A stretch of 58,756 nt of DNA from Alphaproteobacteria bacterium (GCA_030835745.1 JAUROA010000032.1:1-58756); one strand, 5' to 3'. Positions 27,441 to 38,518 are shown, numbered from the stretch's first letter. Program-made: numbers and translations. Notes: generated by a model not told the origin, from the letters alone.

Positions 27441-28331
27441 TTATGATATTAGTGCAAAATCTACCCCTAAAGGTATTGACATATTTTGAGCTAAGTGACC
27501 TATATTAGATATTTTAAAAATTGGCAATCCAAGCTCTGTGCTAAATTGTTTTATTACATGATCAAGGTAGAACTTATTGTCGCTATGTTCTTTTTCAACA
27601 ATATCTCCAATGAATAAAGCATGACAATTATTGAAAATATTAGCATTTTTAAGGTGATTAAGTATTCTGTCAATTTTATATGCTTGCTCGTCAATATCTT
27701 CAATTAATAGACAAAATGGTTTATTATTAATTTGCCATTTAGTGCCAATTGAGGTTTGTATTAATGATAGATTACCGCCGATTAATCTTGGCAATAAATT
27801 AGATTTAAGTTTAATATTATTAATTTGCTTAACATCATAAAAAAGCTCTTTAATATTGCCAAAAATTATGTTTTTAAATAATTCAACTGAGCGATTATCA
27901 ATTTCATTATTGGCAATTTGTTTGAGAACAGGGCTATGAAGAGATGATTTATTAAGGTAATTATTAATTAATAAATGCAGAGATGTTAAATCGCTAAAAC
28001 CGGCAATAATTTTAAATTTATTATTAAATGAAAATTGATCAATTATTTTTGAACAACCATAACCACCTCTAGTGGTTAGAATAAATTTAGATTCGGGGTG
28101 GTTAACAGCATTATTTAGCTCAGCTTTACGATGTTTATCGCTATTGGCAAATAAGGGTTCGTTATTTTTGTTAAAATCGCCAATATGAATATTTAAACCC
28201 CAATCCTTTAGCAATAGTTTAATTTTTAATATTTCATCATCTTTTACAGCAAATGAAGGGCTAATTATGCTTACATAATCACCAATTGATAATTTTGGCC
28301 AGTAATCAGGAATATTGATTTTTATTTGCAT
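27441..28331 (-). CDS. ldcA: LD-carboxypeptidase (S66 family, LdcA/MccF-like)
   Basis: Segments GDYVSIISPS, TTRGGYGCSKI and GFSDLTSLH (nucleophile Ser), plus C-terminal GHL. Confidence 0.75.
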   Translation of the reverse strand: MQIKINIPDYWPKLSIGDYVSIISPSFAVKDDEILKIKLLLKDWGLNIHIGDFNKNNEPLFANSDKHRKAELNNAVNHPESKFILTTRGGYGCSKIIDQFSFNNKFKIIAGFSDLTSLHLLINNYLNKSSLHSPVLKQIANNEIDNRSVELFKNIIFGNIKELFYDVKQINNIKLKSNLLPRLIGGNLSLIQTSIGTKWQINNKPFCLLIEDIDEQAYKIDRILNHLKNANIFNNCHALFIGDIVEKEHSDNKFYLDHVIKQFSTELGLPIFKISNIGHLAQNMSIPLGVDFALIS

Positions 28332-29044
28332 GATTTAATGAATGCTTTAATAATTTCGTAATCAGGATTATATTGAGAAATTTGTTGTTTTTTGTAGCAT
28401 GAAAAATCTGGGTGCCACTGAACCCCAAGAGCAAATTTCTTATTTTTAACTTCAATAGCTTCAATGCATCCATCTTCTGATTTGGCGCATATTTTAACCG
28501 AATCGCTTATTTGAGCTATCGCTTCTCGGTGATTTGAATTTACTTCAATAATATCTTTATTAATTATTTTATGTAAAAGATTATTATTCGGAATTGATAT
28601 TTTATGATTTTTTACATAGCCAAAATGATCAATATTGCTTTTAAGATATTGATTGACATTGCCAGTTAGTTTGCATCCCATTATTGCGCCCAAAACTTGC
28701 ATTCCAGCGCATATTCCAAGAATAGGTAAGTCAATTTGCAATGCTTTACTAATCATGGATTTTTCAAATATTAGTCTTGGTGTAATTTGATAAGGACTTG
28801 TATCATGAGTATCTATATACCATTCTTCCGGAGTTTTGTAAAAGCCACCAGGAACTAATAAGCCGTCTATATTGCTTATATAATGGTCAATATTTGAAAC
28901 TTCGCCATAGGGTATTAGCCAAGCTGTTGCTCCAGCTAAATGAATCATTTCAATGTAATGAGTTCTAAGGGCAAAATGCTGATATTGAGAGTAACCTCCT
29001 GATTCATGCCAATCTGCTATGATACCAATTTTAGATTTAATCAT
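28322..29044 (-). CDS. Class I glutamine amidotransferase-like gamma-glutamyl hydrolase (peptidase C26, PuuD-like)
   Basis: GICAGMQVLG (nucleophile Cys) and GVQWHPDF (His) motifs. It overlaps the ldcA start by 10 nt. Confidence 0.75.
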   Translation of the reverse strand: MIKSKIGIIADWHESGGYSQYQHFALRTHYIEMIHLAGATAWLIPYGEVSNIDHYISNIDGLLVPGGFYKTPEEWYIDTHDTSPYQITPRLIFEKSMISKALQIDLPILGICAGMQVLGAIMGCKLTGNVNQYLKSNIDHFGYVKNHKISIPNNNLLHKIINKDIIEVNSNHREAIAQISDSVKICAKSEDGCIEAIEVKNKKFALGVQWHPDFSCYKKQQISQYNPDYEIIKAFIKSCK

Positions 29045-29055
29045 ATTTGTGTAAT

Positions 29056-30315
29056 TTATTTTCTAATTGCGCAATTAGCGTTAACAATATACTTATATGT
29101 TGTTAATTGTTCAAGGCCAACTGGCCCTCTTGCATGAAGTTTTCCTGTAGCAATGCCAACTTCACAGCCCATGCCAAACTCTCCGCCATCAGCAAATTGA
29201 GTTGAAGCATTATGCATTACAATTGCCGAGTCAATCTCTTTAAAGAATCTATCGGCAGATTCTGCATCTTGGGTAATTATTGATTCAGTATGTTTTGAAG
29301 AATATTTATTGATATGACTAATTGCTTGAGAAATATTTTTAACAATTTTAATTGATATTTTTTTATCAAGATATTCTGTTGCAAAATCAATATTTTTAGC
29401 TTTTTTTATACGATTATCAATTTTTTGACTGGCTAAATCTCCTACTATTTCGCAATTATGTTCTGTCAGATCGTCGCAAATTAAAGGAATTATTTTGCAA
29501 GAAATTTTTTGGTCAATAACTATAGATTCAGTAGCTCCGCATATTCCAACCCTTCTCATTTTAGCATTTAATATTATTTTACGAGCCTTACTTATGTCGC
29601 ACAATTCATGAATATAGCTATGACAATTGCCATCAAGATGTTTAAAAAGAGGTATTTTACTTTTTTTGCTAATAGCTGTAATTAATGACTTGCCACCTCT
29701 TGGTATAACAACATCAATATATTGGTCCATTTTTAATAATTCATTAACATATTGACGTTCAGGATTGCTGATCAGGGTAATAGCATTTTTATCAATATTA
29801 AAATGCTGCAAAGCTTTTTGATAAAGATTGGCAATTATGGTAGAGGAATTTATTGAATCTGAGCCACATCTTAAAATAGCAACATTGCCAGATTTTAACG
29901 CTAGTGCCGCAATATCTGAGGTAACATTGGGTCTTGACTCGTAAATTGCCATAATGATACCGATCGGTGTTGTTATTCTTTTAATATCAAGGCCATTTCC
30001 TGGTTGAGCGCTGTATATCACTTGATTGGTGGGGTCTTTTTGTTTGATGATATCTTCAATTGATTTAATCATAGATTTAATTCTATTTTCATCTAATTTA
30101 AGGCGATCAATTTTAGCGGATCCAATATTATTTTTAGCGGCATTTTCAAGATCAATTTTGTTGGCTTTTACTATTTTGACAATATTTTGTTTTATTAATT
30201 CAGATGTAAAACTTAATATTTTATTTTTGATAGAGCTTTCTAAATTTGAAATGTTATTTTGAGCTAATTTGCAAGATAGGCAAATTTTTTTTACTTCTTG
30301 TTTTATTATCGTCAT
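29056..30315 (-). CDS. proA: Glutamate-5-semialdehyde dehydrogenase (gamma-glutamyl phosphate reductase)
   Basis: IYESRPNVT, ILRCGS, VIPRGG, CGATESIV (catalytic Cys region), HNASTQFADGGEFG and the GPVGLEQLTTYKY tail. Confidence 0.9.
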   Translation of the reverse strand: MTIIKQEVKKICLSCKLAQNNISNLESSIKNKILSFTSELIKQNIVKIVKANKIDLENAAKNNIGSAKIDRLKLDENRIKSMIKSIEDIIKQKDPTNQVIYSAQPGNGLDIKRITTPIGIIMAIYESRPNVTSDIAALALKSGNVAILRCGSDSINSSTIIANLYQKALQHFNIDKNAITLISNPERQYVNELLKMDQYIDVVIPRGGKSLITAISKKSKIPLFKHLDGNCHSYIHELCDISKARKIILNAKMRRVGICGATESIVIDQKISCKIIPLICDDLTEHNCEIVGDLASQKIDNRIKKAKNIDFATEYLDKKISIKIVKNISQAISHINKYSSKHTESIITQDAESADRFFKEIDSAIVMHNASTQFADGGEFGMGCEVGIATGKLHARGPVGLEQLTTYKYIVNANCAIRK

Positions 30316-30357
30316 TATTTAAGTATAAAATTTATTTTAAGATTATTACTACAATTT

Positions 30358-31161
30358 ATGATATCAAATATAAAATATATAAATTTTATTATATCTTCTT
30401 TAACAGCAATTGGTCGTTTTACAATTGATAAATTAGTGCAATGTGGCAATTTAAGTATTTTCGTTGCTAAATCTGTTAAGAATTGCGTGACACCGCCTTA
30501 CTATCCTAAATTATTATGGCATCAATTGGTTAAAATTGGTTATTACTCATTGCCAGTTGTTGGTTTGACGGCAATTTTTTCTGGTGCCGTTTTGGCTTTG
30601 CAAAGTTATTCTGGTTTTTCAAGATTTAATGCAGAAAGTACAATTGCTACGGTAGTTGTTTTGTCGATTACAAGAGAGCTAGGTCCAGTGCTAGCAGGCC
30701 TTATGGTTGCAGGCAGAGTTGGAGCATCAATGGCTGCAGAAATTGGAACTATGAGAGTTACAGAACAAATTGATGCATTAAAAACACTTTCAACTAATCC
30801 TTATAAATATTTAATTGCACCAAGATTAATTGCTGGAGTAATATCCTTGCCGTTACTGGTTTTAATAGCTGACATAATTGGTGTAATGGGTGGATATTTA
30901 GTGAGCGTTTATTCTCTTGGATTTTCTCCAGGGCCATATATTATAAATAGCTTAAAGTTTTTAGAAGCTATAGATGTTATATTGGGGCTGGTTAAGGCGG
31001 CATTTTTTGGATTTGTTATTGCTATTATGGGTTGTTATTTTGGATATAATTCTAAGGGTGGTGCCGAAGGTGTTGGTATAGCGACTACAAATGCTGTAGT
31101 TGCATCTTCAATTACAATATTATTGCTAAATTATATCATTACAGGTTGGTTTCTTGGCTAG
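30358..31161 (+). CDS. mlaE: Phospholipid/ABC transporter permease MlaE
   Basis: ITRELGPVLAGLMVAGRVGASMAAEIGTMRVTEQIDAL is the MlaE signature. I start it at the internal ATG 30358, because the tracked 30298 start would overlap the divergent proA. Confidence 0.85.
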   Translation: MISNIKYINFIISSLTAIGRFTIDKLVQCGNLSIFVAKSVKNCVTPPYYPKLLWHQLVKIGYYSLPVVGLTAIFSGAVLALQSYSGFSRFNAESTIATVVVLSITRELGPVLAGLMVAGRVGASMAAEIGTMRVTEQIDALKTLSTNPYKYLIAPRLIAGVISLPLLVLIADIIGVMGGYLVSVYSLGFSPGPYIINSLKFLEAIDVILGLVKAAFFGFVIAIMGCYFGYNSKGGAEGVGIATTNAVVASSITILLLNYIITGWFLG

Positions 31162-33530
31162 ATGAATAGGCTAATTACTATAATTTTAATCTTGCCATTA
31201 TTTGCCTGCTCATCTTCTGGAGGTGGTAAAAGCAAACCCAGCACTAATTACTCGGACTTAATTGAGCAAAATAGTTGGGTTAATTTAGGAATTGATCAAT
31301 CTGAAATTGAATTTCATAAAACTCAAGAATATAATAATCAACCAAGTTATGACATAGTTAATCTTGCTCAATCATATGCTATACTTGACTATTTCAATAA
31401 ATCTGAAAGGGGGGAGGGGGTTAGTGCAGTTGTTATTGATTCTGGGCTAGATATTAATCATTTAGAATTTGCAAATCACTATAATGTTGGAAATAGCTAC
31501 AATTTTATTGATAATAATAATGATATATCTGCAGGTAATACTAGTCATGGTACAATGGTATCTTCAATAATATCTGCAAAGAAAGATGGCAATCAAATTC
31601 ATGGTATAGCTTATAAAAATAATATTACATCATTTAAAATTATTGATCAAGATTCAGATTTGTATTTAGAGCAATTTTATGATGATATTCCAGATCATTC
31701 AATTATTAATTTGAGCTGGGCTATTAATGGCAATATAACTGAATCTGTAATAGAAGATCTTAAAGAAAAATTCCTACCATTAAAAAATAGAAATATTTTA
31801 TCTATTGCTGCAACTGGTAATGATTCTCTTGATCAGTCATCTTATCCAGCTCGTCTTGCTAATGATTCTGATTTATCTGGGTCAATAATTGCTGTTGGTG
31901 CAATTGATCAAGATAAAAATATTGCTGATTTCAGTTCTAATTGCGGAGATTCCATGAATTACTGCTTAGTTGCACCAGGAGTTGAAATATATGCTGCTCA
32001 TTCATCTATAGGTTCTGCTCATTATTATAATACTTCAGCACAAGGTACTTCATATGCAGCTCCTCATGTTACAGGGGCGGCAATATTATTAAATCTGCCT
32101 GGCCTCATTTAACTAATGCTCAATTGTCAGAAATATTATTATCAAGCGCAACAGATCTAGGCATTAAAGGTGTTGACCCAATATATGGCAAGGGTTTGCT
32201 TAATATAGCAGAAGCTGTTAGTGCCAAGGGTCAAAATTTACTATTATCTGGATCTAGTTTTAAATCAAATGGCTATGAATTATCTGATTCAGCAATATTT
32301 TCAAGTCCATTATTTGGCGATTCTTATGTAAATATTGTAAAAAGCCTAGAAAAGGCAGTTTTTTTTGATGATTATGGGCGTGATTATAAAGCTAATTTAG
32401 CTAATAAAATTATACTTAGTAATAATTCGCTTTACACAATTAGGAATAAGAATAATCATATTTCAAATAAAATTTTACCTCATAATTTTAAGGATTCGAG
32501 TGCAAAATTCTATTTTAATATAAATTACTTTAAGGACAATAAGCTAGTAAATAACGACGGATTAAAATTTAGTGTAACTGATAATTCACAAAATATAAAT
32601 ATATCTCGTAATAATGGTTTTTCTTTTAGTTAAAATTTTAAAGATTATTATAACAAAATGGATTTTGATTTTGGTTTTGCTTATAATCTTAATCACACAG
32701 AGCTTAGTCAATCTGATAAATTAATCGGAGGTGGGAGGATGAGAAGCTTTTTTTATTCAAATCCATTTAGTTCATTTATAAATTCACATGATATTAATCC
32801 TGATAATAGTAGAAATTTTCATCAAATATTTTTTGGTAAAGATTTTTTTAATAATCATTTAAACATAACTTCATCATATCAGTTGGTTAATAAAGATAGA
32901 AATGTTAAAGAAGGTGTAAAAGAGCAAAATAGAATTATGGATATGACTATCTCATATAAAATTAATAATGACATAATATTGACCTCTATAGGCCAATTAT
33001 ATGAATTTAATAATAATATATTGAATTCTAAAAATTATGGTGCCTTTTCTAATTCAAATGATACAAAAACAAAATATCTTAAATTTACATATCAAAAAAA
33101 ACCATCTAAGAATATGGCAATTAATACTTCAATTGCTCACTCATTTTCAAAAATAGAGGGCAATGATATTGGAATATTTAGGGGTTATAATGATGTGGCA
33201 GCAAGATCGTTTGGCCTTAATATTACTCATAATAATGTTGCCGGTGGCGTGATAGGTTTTAATTATGTTGAGCCAATGACAGTATATAAGGGTAAATTAC
33301 ATTATGATATAGCAATTGCTAGAAATGATAAAGGCGATATTTTAAGGGAAAATGGAGTATTGTCATTAAAGCCTAAGGGCAGAGAGCGTAATTTTGAAAT
33401 ATTTTACGATAAATATCTTGATAACAATTTAAGTATAAATTTTGAAGCTATATATCAGAAGAATCCAAATAATAATATATATAATAAAGATAATAAGTTA
33501 ATATCGATATATTTAAATAAATTATTTTGA
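31162..33530 (+). pseudogene. Lipoprotein subtilisin-like (S8) autotransporter, disrupted by one frameshift and one in-frame stop (NalP/SphB1-like architecture)
   Basis: Lipobox LFAC. The catalytic triad motifs are VVIDSGLD, HGTMVSS and GTSYAAPHVTGAA. The frame breaks at about 32088-32095 in an A-run: GAAILL continues as KSAWPHLTNAQLSEILL in the -1 frame, which matches ORF 32124..32633. TAA at 32631..32633 is in frame with ORF 32658..33530. That ORF looks like a beta-barrel translocator and ends in ...YLNKLF. Confidence 0.75.
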
Positions 33531-33532
33531 TC

Positions 33533-34489
33533 TTATTTTATTAAATCAACTTCTTTAAAATATCTTAAAGCTCCAGGATGAATAGGTGCAGAATTTCCTG
33601 CTCTTACCATATCTTCTTTTTTTAAAGTTGAGAAAACGGGATGAAGAGTTTTAAAATTTTCAAAATTATCAAAGGTTGCTTTAATAATGTTGTAAACAAT
33701 TTGTTCGTCTGTTTTTTCTGAAGTCACAAGACTAGCTTTAACACCAAAAGTATTTATATCCTTATTATTGTTAATATACATGCCACCTGGTATATAGGCC
33801 TTAACATAGTAAGGATTTATTGATATTAATTTATCAATTGTTTGACTATCAATTGATATAATTTTTACTTTACATGTTTGAGTTGCTTCTTGCAAAACTC
33901 CATTTGGATTACCTGCGGCATAAATCATAACATCAATATCGCCAGAGCATAGTGCTTTTGGCTGTTCTGAAGGTTGTAAATATGAAATAGCTTCAAAGTC
34001 GCTATCTTTCCATCCTTTGACATCCATTAATACTTTCATTGTGGCATACATTCCAGAACCTTTAGGCCCAAAATTTATCTTTTTGCCTAGTAGGTCATTT
34101 AATGTTTTTATCTTAGATTTTTTATTAACAGCAATTGTGAATGTTTCGGTATATAATGAAAAAACTGATCTTAATTCTTTAAATGGTCTTTGATCAGAGA
34201 AGAATTTGTCGCCATTATAAGCTTGATATTGCCAATCAGATTGAACGATTCCAAAATCTATAGCACCATTTCTAATACCATTTAAATTAGAAACCGATCC
34301 GCCAGTTGATTCAACAGAACATCTAATACCATGCTCTTTTCTGCCTCTATTAAGTAATCTGCATATTGCCCCGCCAGATGGATAATAAACTCCAGTAATG
34401 GCACCAGTTCCTATTGATATATATTTAGTTGCAGACCATGCATTGAAAGATAAAATTAAATTTAATATGATTAAATATATTATTTTCAT
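33533..34489 (-). CDS. TAXI-family TRAP transporter solute-binding protein
   Basis: Signal peptide, then ISIGTGAITGVYYPSGGAICRL, GSVSNL, DFGIVQSD and the PIHPGALRYFKE tail. Confidence 0.8.
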   Translation of the reverse strand: MKIIYLIILNLILSFNAWSATKYISIGTGAITGVYYPSGGAICRLLNRGRKEHGIRCSVESTGGSVSNLNGIRNGAIDFGIVQSDWQYQAYNGDKFFSDQRPFKELRSVFSLYTETFTIAVNKKSKIKTLNDLLGKKINFGPKGSGMYATMKVLMDVKGWKDSDFEAISYLQPSEQPKALCSGDIDVMIYAAGNPNGVLQEATQTCKVKIISIDSQTIDKLISINPYYVKAYIPGGMYINNNKDINTFGVKASLVTSEKTDEQIVYNIIKATFDNFENFKTLHPVFSTLKKEDMVRAGNSAPIHPGALRYFKEVDLIK

Positions 34490-34869
34490 TATAAAACTTA
34501 ATAAGTTACTAATTGATCCTTGCTATATTCATGAATTTATTTTAAAAGTCAAATTTTTTGAATAATTGCTACTTTGGCTTAGGTTTAATCTACTATATAA
34601 AGATCTTGATATAAATATGTGAAATCATTATAAAAGGGTAATTATAACAATTTTGTGATTAGTTGCAATTAATAGATATGCTTTGATAGATGTTTTTTTT
34701 ATAAATAAATTAAACAGTTTGCGCAGCAAATAATTTATTAATTTTTTAAAATTAATTTTATAATTTAATATATTAATCTTAACCCTTTGAATTAAAGGTG
34801 TGATAAAATTTTTTGGTAGGTAAATTTAAAAAAAATATGGCTATATTTTTGAAATTATAAAAAAAATTT

Positions 34870-34899
34870 TTGACATTAACAAATTAAACATTACATTAT
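34870..34899 (+). promoter_or_regulatory. Possible sigma70-like promoter for the symporter gene (TTGACA-N18-CATTAT)
   Basis: TTGACA at 34870..34875 and cattat at 34894..34899. The context is AT-rich, so this prediction is weak. Confidence 0.25.
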
Positions 34900-35011
34900 C
34901 GATCACTAAATAATTTTATATTTTCAAAATTTATAACTTATATTTATTATTCATGATTAATCATGTTAGGCATGTTGAGTTATAAGTTGATATTAATTAA
35001 AAAATTTTAAA

Positions 35012-36268
35012 ATGAAAATTTTACGATCATTGCTTGGTATGAAATTGTGGAAACAAGTTCTTATAGGTTTGTTTTTGGGTGTTTGTGCAGGGATTTATTA
35101 TGGCGAAGATGCTGAAGGTCTTAAAATATTTGGTACCATTTTTATAAATTTAATCAAAATGGTTATTGTTCCTTTAATATTTTTTGCAATATTATCAGGA
35201 ATTACTTCAATGGATGATGAGGGAAATTTTACTAGAGTTGGTGTTAAGGGCTTTGGGGCCTACATATTTACCGCTATGTTTGCAGTTTTAATTGGTCTTT
35301 CAGCTGGTTTAATATTTGAACCAGGAGCTGGTGTTGATTTAAGTATTATTCCAAATGAAAATAGTGAAAAGGTTGCTAATGCTTCGCAAAAAGCTCCGCC
35401 ATCTATTATTGAATTTTTAGTAGCTTTAATTCCTACTAATCCAATCAAGTCTATGGCTAATGATGGATTTCTTCAAATTATTATTTTTACAATTTTTACT
35501 GGAATAACAATAAATATTGTTGGAGAAAGAGCTAGACCAGTTAAAGAGGTCATTCATTCTGCTGCTCAGGTGTCCTTTAAAATGATAGAAATTATTATTA
35601 AATTAGCTCCAATTGGAGTGTTTGGTTTTATAGCGTGGGTTATTGGAACACAAGGAACTGACATTTTGCTTGCTTTGGGTAAGTTAATTATTACTGTTTT
35701 AATTGCATGTATATTCCAGTATGTTATTTTTGGAGTAATGTTATTAATATTTGCTAGAGTTTCTCCTATGCCATTTTATAAAAAAATATTATTAACTCAG
35801 TCAATTGCCTTTGCTACTAGTAGCAGTAAGGCTACTCTTTCAACAGCTATGGAGCAATTACAAAAAAGAATGGGTGTATCAAAAGCTAACTCTAACTTTT
35901 TAATGCCACTTGGTGTTTGTATCAATATGGATGGTACGGCAATATATCTTGGAATTTGTGCTCTATTCTTTTCGCAAGCATATGGAATCGATCTTACATT
36001 GCAAAATTATTTAATGTTAATTCTAACTTGTACTTTAGGTTCAATTGGTGCTGCTGGTATTCCTAGTGGATCAATAATTTTTATGGGTATGGTACTTTCT
36101 TCTGTAGGATTGCCAGTTGAAGGGATTGGTATAATTTTAGGAGTTGATAGGCTGCTAGATATGGTAAGAACAACAATAAATATTACTGGCGATAGCGCTA
36201 TTACACTTATGGTTGATAGTTCAGAAGATGGGCTTGATAAAAATATTTACTATTCAAAAGATACATAA
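35012..36268 (+). CDS. Dicarboxylate/amino acid:cation symporter (DAACS family, GltP/DctA-like)
   Basis: AFATSSSKATL, MDGTAIY, GAAGIPSGS and DRLLDMVRTTINITGD motifs. Confidence 0.9.
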   Translation: MKILRSLLGMKLWKQVLIGLFLGVCAGIYYGEDAEGLKIFGTIFINLIKMVIVPLIFFAILSGITSMDDEGNFTRVGVKGFGAYIFTAMFAVLIGLSAGLIFEPGAGVDLSIIPNENSEKVANASQKAPPSIIEFLVALIPTNPIKSMANDGFLQIIIFTIFTGITINIVGERARPVKEVIHSAAQVSFKMIEIIIKLAPIGVFGFIAWVIGTQGTDILLALGKLIITVLIACIFQYVIFGVMLLIFARVSPMPFYKKILLTQSIAFATSSSKATLSTAMEQLQKRMGVSKANSNFLMPLGVCINMDGTAIYLGICALFFSQAYGIDLTLQNYLMLILTCTLGSIGAAGIPSGSIIFMGMVLSSVGLPVEGIGIILGVDRLLDMVRTTINITGDSAITLMVDSSEDGLDKNIYYSKDT

Positions 36269-36279
36269 TTTTTAAAATA

Positions 36280-36900
36280 TTGCGCTGTAAATATCTTATT
36301 TTGATTCTTAATATTGTTGTTTTTGGGCTTTTTAATAGCTCCTTTGCCAAAGAAAATAATATTAATTATTACAAGAAATATCAAAATGAAATTAATATTG
36401 TTGAGCAATATCTTAATAATGTTAAAAATATATCTGCCAAATTTAGTCAGATTTCATCTTCAGGAGCAATTTCTAAGGGTAACTTTTATCTATCACGACC
36501 TGGCAAATTAAGAATTGATTACGATCTTGACCAGCCAATTATAATTGTTGTTAATAATTCTGTTTTAACATATTATGATAAGGAGCTTGAAGAAAAGTCC
36601 AATCTTAGAACGCAGACTACTCCAGCTTCATTTCTTACCAGAAAAAAGATATCATTTAGTGCTAAAGATATCAAAGTGATTGATGCTTTTAGAAAAGATA
36701 ATTTTTTCAAGATAACAATAATAAAGAAGAATAGTAGAAGATTTGGTAATTTTTCTTTATTATTTTCTCTTAATCCTGTAAATTTTATTCAAATGGAAGT
36801 TGAAAATGATATGGGAGATATCGTAAATGTTAATTTATATGACGTTAATTATGATCAAAAGCTAGAAAATAGCTTGTTCATTATTAAAGATAGCGATTAG
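36280..36900 (+). CDS. lolA: Outer-membrane lipoprotein carrier protein LolA
   Basis: Signal peptide, then ISAKFSQ, GNFYLSRPGKLRIDY and the 206-aa length. The tracked start is TTG. Confidence 0.75.
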   Translation: MRCKYLILILNIVVFGLFNSSFAKENNINYYKKYQNEINIVEQYLNNVKNISAKFSQISSSGAISKGNFYLSRPGKLRIDYDLDQPIIIVVNNSVLTYYDKELEEKSNLRTQTTPASFLTRKKISFSAKDIKVIDAFRKDNFFKITIIKKNSRRFGNFSLLFSLNPVNFIQMEVENDMGDIVNVNLYDVNYDQKLENSLFIIKDSD

Positions 36901-36916
36901 AAATTTGTAAGTTTTT

Positions 36917-37336
36917 ATGATAATTAATTCTGGAAATAATAGATCGCGCTATAGAAGCAGAGCAATTAGCGATATTAACATAACTCCTTTTGTCGATGTT
37001 TTATTGGTATTATTAATAATTTTTATGGTAACATCGCCAATTATTACTGGAGGTTTTAATGTTGATTTACCAAATGGAGTTAATAAAGAAGAGTCTCAAA
37101 TTGATAAAAAAAATATTGTAGTTTCAATAGCTAAAAATGGTAAATTATATTTGGGCGATAAAGAAATTAATATATCATCATTGGCAAGAAGTTTAAAGGA
37201 TCAATTTGGTGGAGATTTTACATCAGAAATTCATATTAAGGCAGATAAAAGAAATGACTATGGAAAAGTTATGGAGGTTGTTAAAGTCATAAATCTAGCA
37301 GGGTTTTCAAAGGTTATACTTGTTACTAAAAAGTAA
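36917..37336 (+). CDS. tolR: Biopolymer transport protein ExbD/TolR
   Basis: INITPFVDVLLVLLIIFMV TM motif and IKADKRNDYGKVMEVVKVINLAGF. Confidence 0.8.
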   Translation: MIINSGNNRSRYRSRAISDINITPFVDVLLVLLIIFMVTSPIITGGFNVDLPNGVNKEESQIDKKNIVVSIAKNGKLYLGDKEINISSLARSLKDQFGGDFTSEIHIKADKRNDYGKVMEVVKVINLAGFSKVILVTKK

Positions 37337-37599
37337 TTTCTAGAATTTGCTAATAAGTAGTGCCAAAATCTACCTAAAAAATTAAAATTCAATTCAAGGT
37401 TGTATGTGATATCATTATTGTTTCTAAGATATTTGAAATCGCTTTAATATAAATATATTGTAATCTTTAATATTTTCTTTTTTTTCGACATAAATTATAA
37501 TAAATTTTTTAGCTGTTTTAAGGATTTGGCTTTTAAATATAAAAATTATTGAATTTAGGGATTGTAAGGTTGTGACGATCATTAATGCTAGATTAATTT

Positions 37600-38463
37600 A
37601 TGAATTTTAAAAATATAATTTTTTCACTAATATTGCATAGCTTGGTAATATATTATGTTATATTCCATATTTCCTCGTCAATAACACAAGAAAGCCAAGA
37701 ATTGCATATTAAAATTGAGGTAGAAAATCAGGCGCATGGTTCTTTAATTGAAGAAAGTGAAAAAAAAGAAGAGTTAAAGCGCAAGATTGTTAGCAAGATT
37801 GATGATATAATTAAGGGTAAAAAAATAGATCAAAAGATTAATGAAAAGAAAGATGAGGTCAAGAAGCCTAAAATAGTTGAGTCTAGTAAAGTTGAAAATA
37901 ACAAAGCTGCTAAGAAAAAAAAGATTAAAAAAGACAAAAAACAAGAAAATAAAACACTTAAAGATGACGATCAAATAAAAGATAAGGCTGAGGTAAAAAA
38001 TAAAGAAATAGAGCCTAAAAATGCCGAGGCCAAGGAGGCTGAGGATATATGGTTTGAAAAATTTCTAGATTTAGAAAAGAAAAATAAGGAAAAGGAATAT
38101 TTATTAGCAATTAAGTCAATAAAAACAATTGGCTTAACCAATAGAGAAAAGTTTAATTTATATAGTCAAATTAAGTCATGTTTTCAAAGGGCTATAGAAG
38201 AAAAGGGTCAAGAAAGTAGTCAAAGAATATTGGTTAAAATTAAAATATCCAAAAGCGGCTTTATTACATCAGATATTTCTGATTTGGAAGAGATGATAGA
38301 GTTCAAAGAAATTAATAAAGAGCAATTTAAGATTGCGGTATATAATGCTAAAAGAGCTATAGAGATATGTAATCCTCTTAGAGGATTGCCTAAGGATAAA
38401 TTTACTATATGGAAAGAAGTAATATTGGATTTTTCTCAAACATTAGATAATTATTTTGAATAA
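37600..38463 (+). CDS. tolA: TolA-like cell-envelope integrity protein
   Basis: An N-terminal TM helix is followed by a long K/E-rich helical spacer. The C-terminal domain has CNPLRGLPKDKFTIWKEVILDF. The gene lies downstream of tolR. Confidence 0.6.
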   Translation: MNFKNIIFSLILHSLVIYYVIFHISSSITQESQELHIKIEVENQAHGSLIEESEKKEELKRKIVSKIDDIIKGKKIDQKINEKKDEVKKPKIVESSKVENNKAAKKKKIKKDKKQENKTLKDDDQIKDKAEVKNKEIEPKNAEAKEAEDIWFEKFLDLEKKNKEKEYLLAIKSIKTIGLTNREKFNLYSQIKSCFQRAIEEKGQESSQRILVKIKISKSGFITSDISDLEEMIEFKEINKEQFKIAVYNAKRAIEICNPLRGLPKDKFTIWKEVILDFSQTLDNYFE

Positions 38464-38518
38464 ATTGCTAATTTTATTAAAAAATACCAATATTTTGACC
38501 TCTTAAATCTTGTATAAA

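Noticed and set aside
30246-30428. 60-aa ORF and the N-terminal extension of the mlaE ORF (tracked start 30298)
   Set aside because: The extension overlaps the divergent proA start and encodes non-MlaE low-complexity sequence. The internal ATG at 30358 gives a normal-length MlaE.
37600-38463. K/E-rich repeat region as a possible novel coiled-coil effector
   Set aside because: The N-terminal anchor, the charged spacer and the conserved C-terminal domain next to tolR fit TolA. The low complexity is expected for this family.
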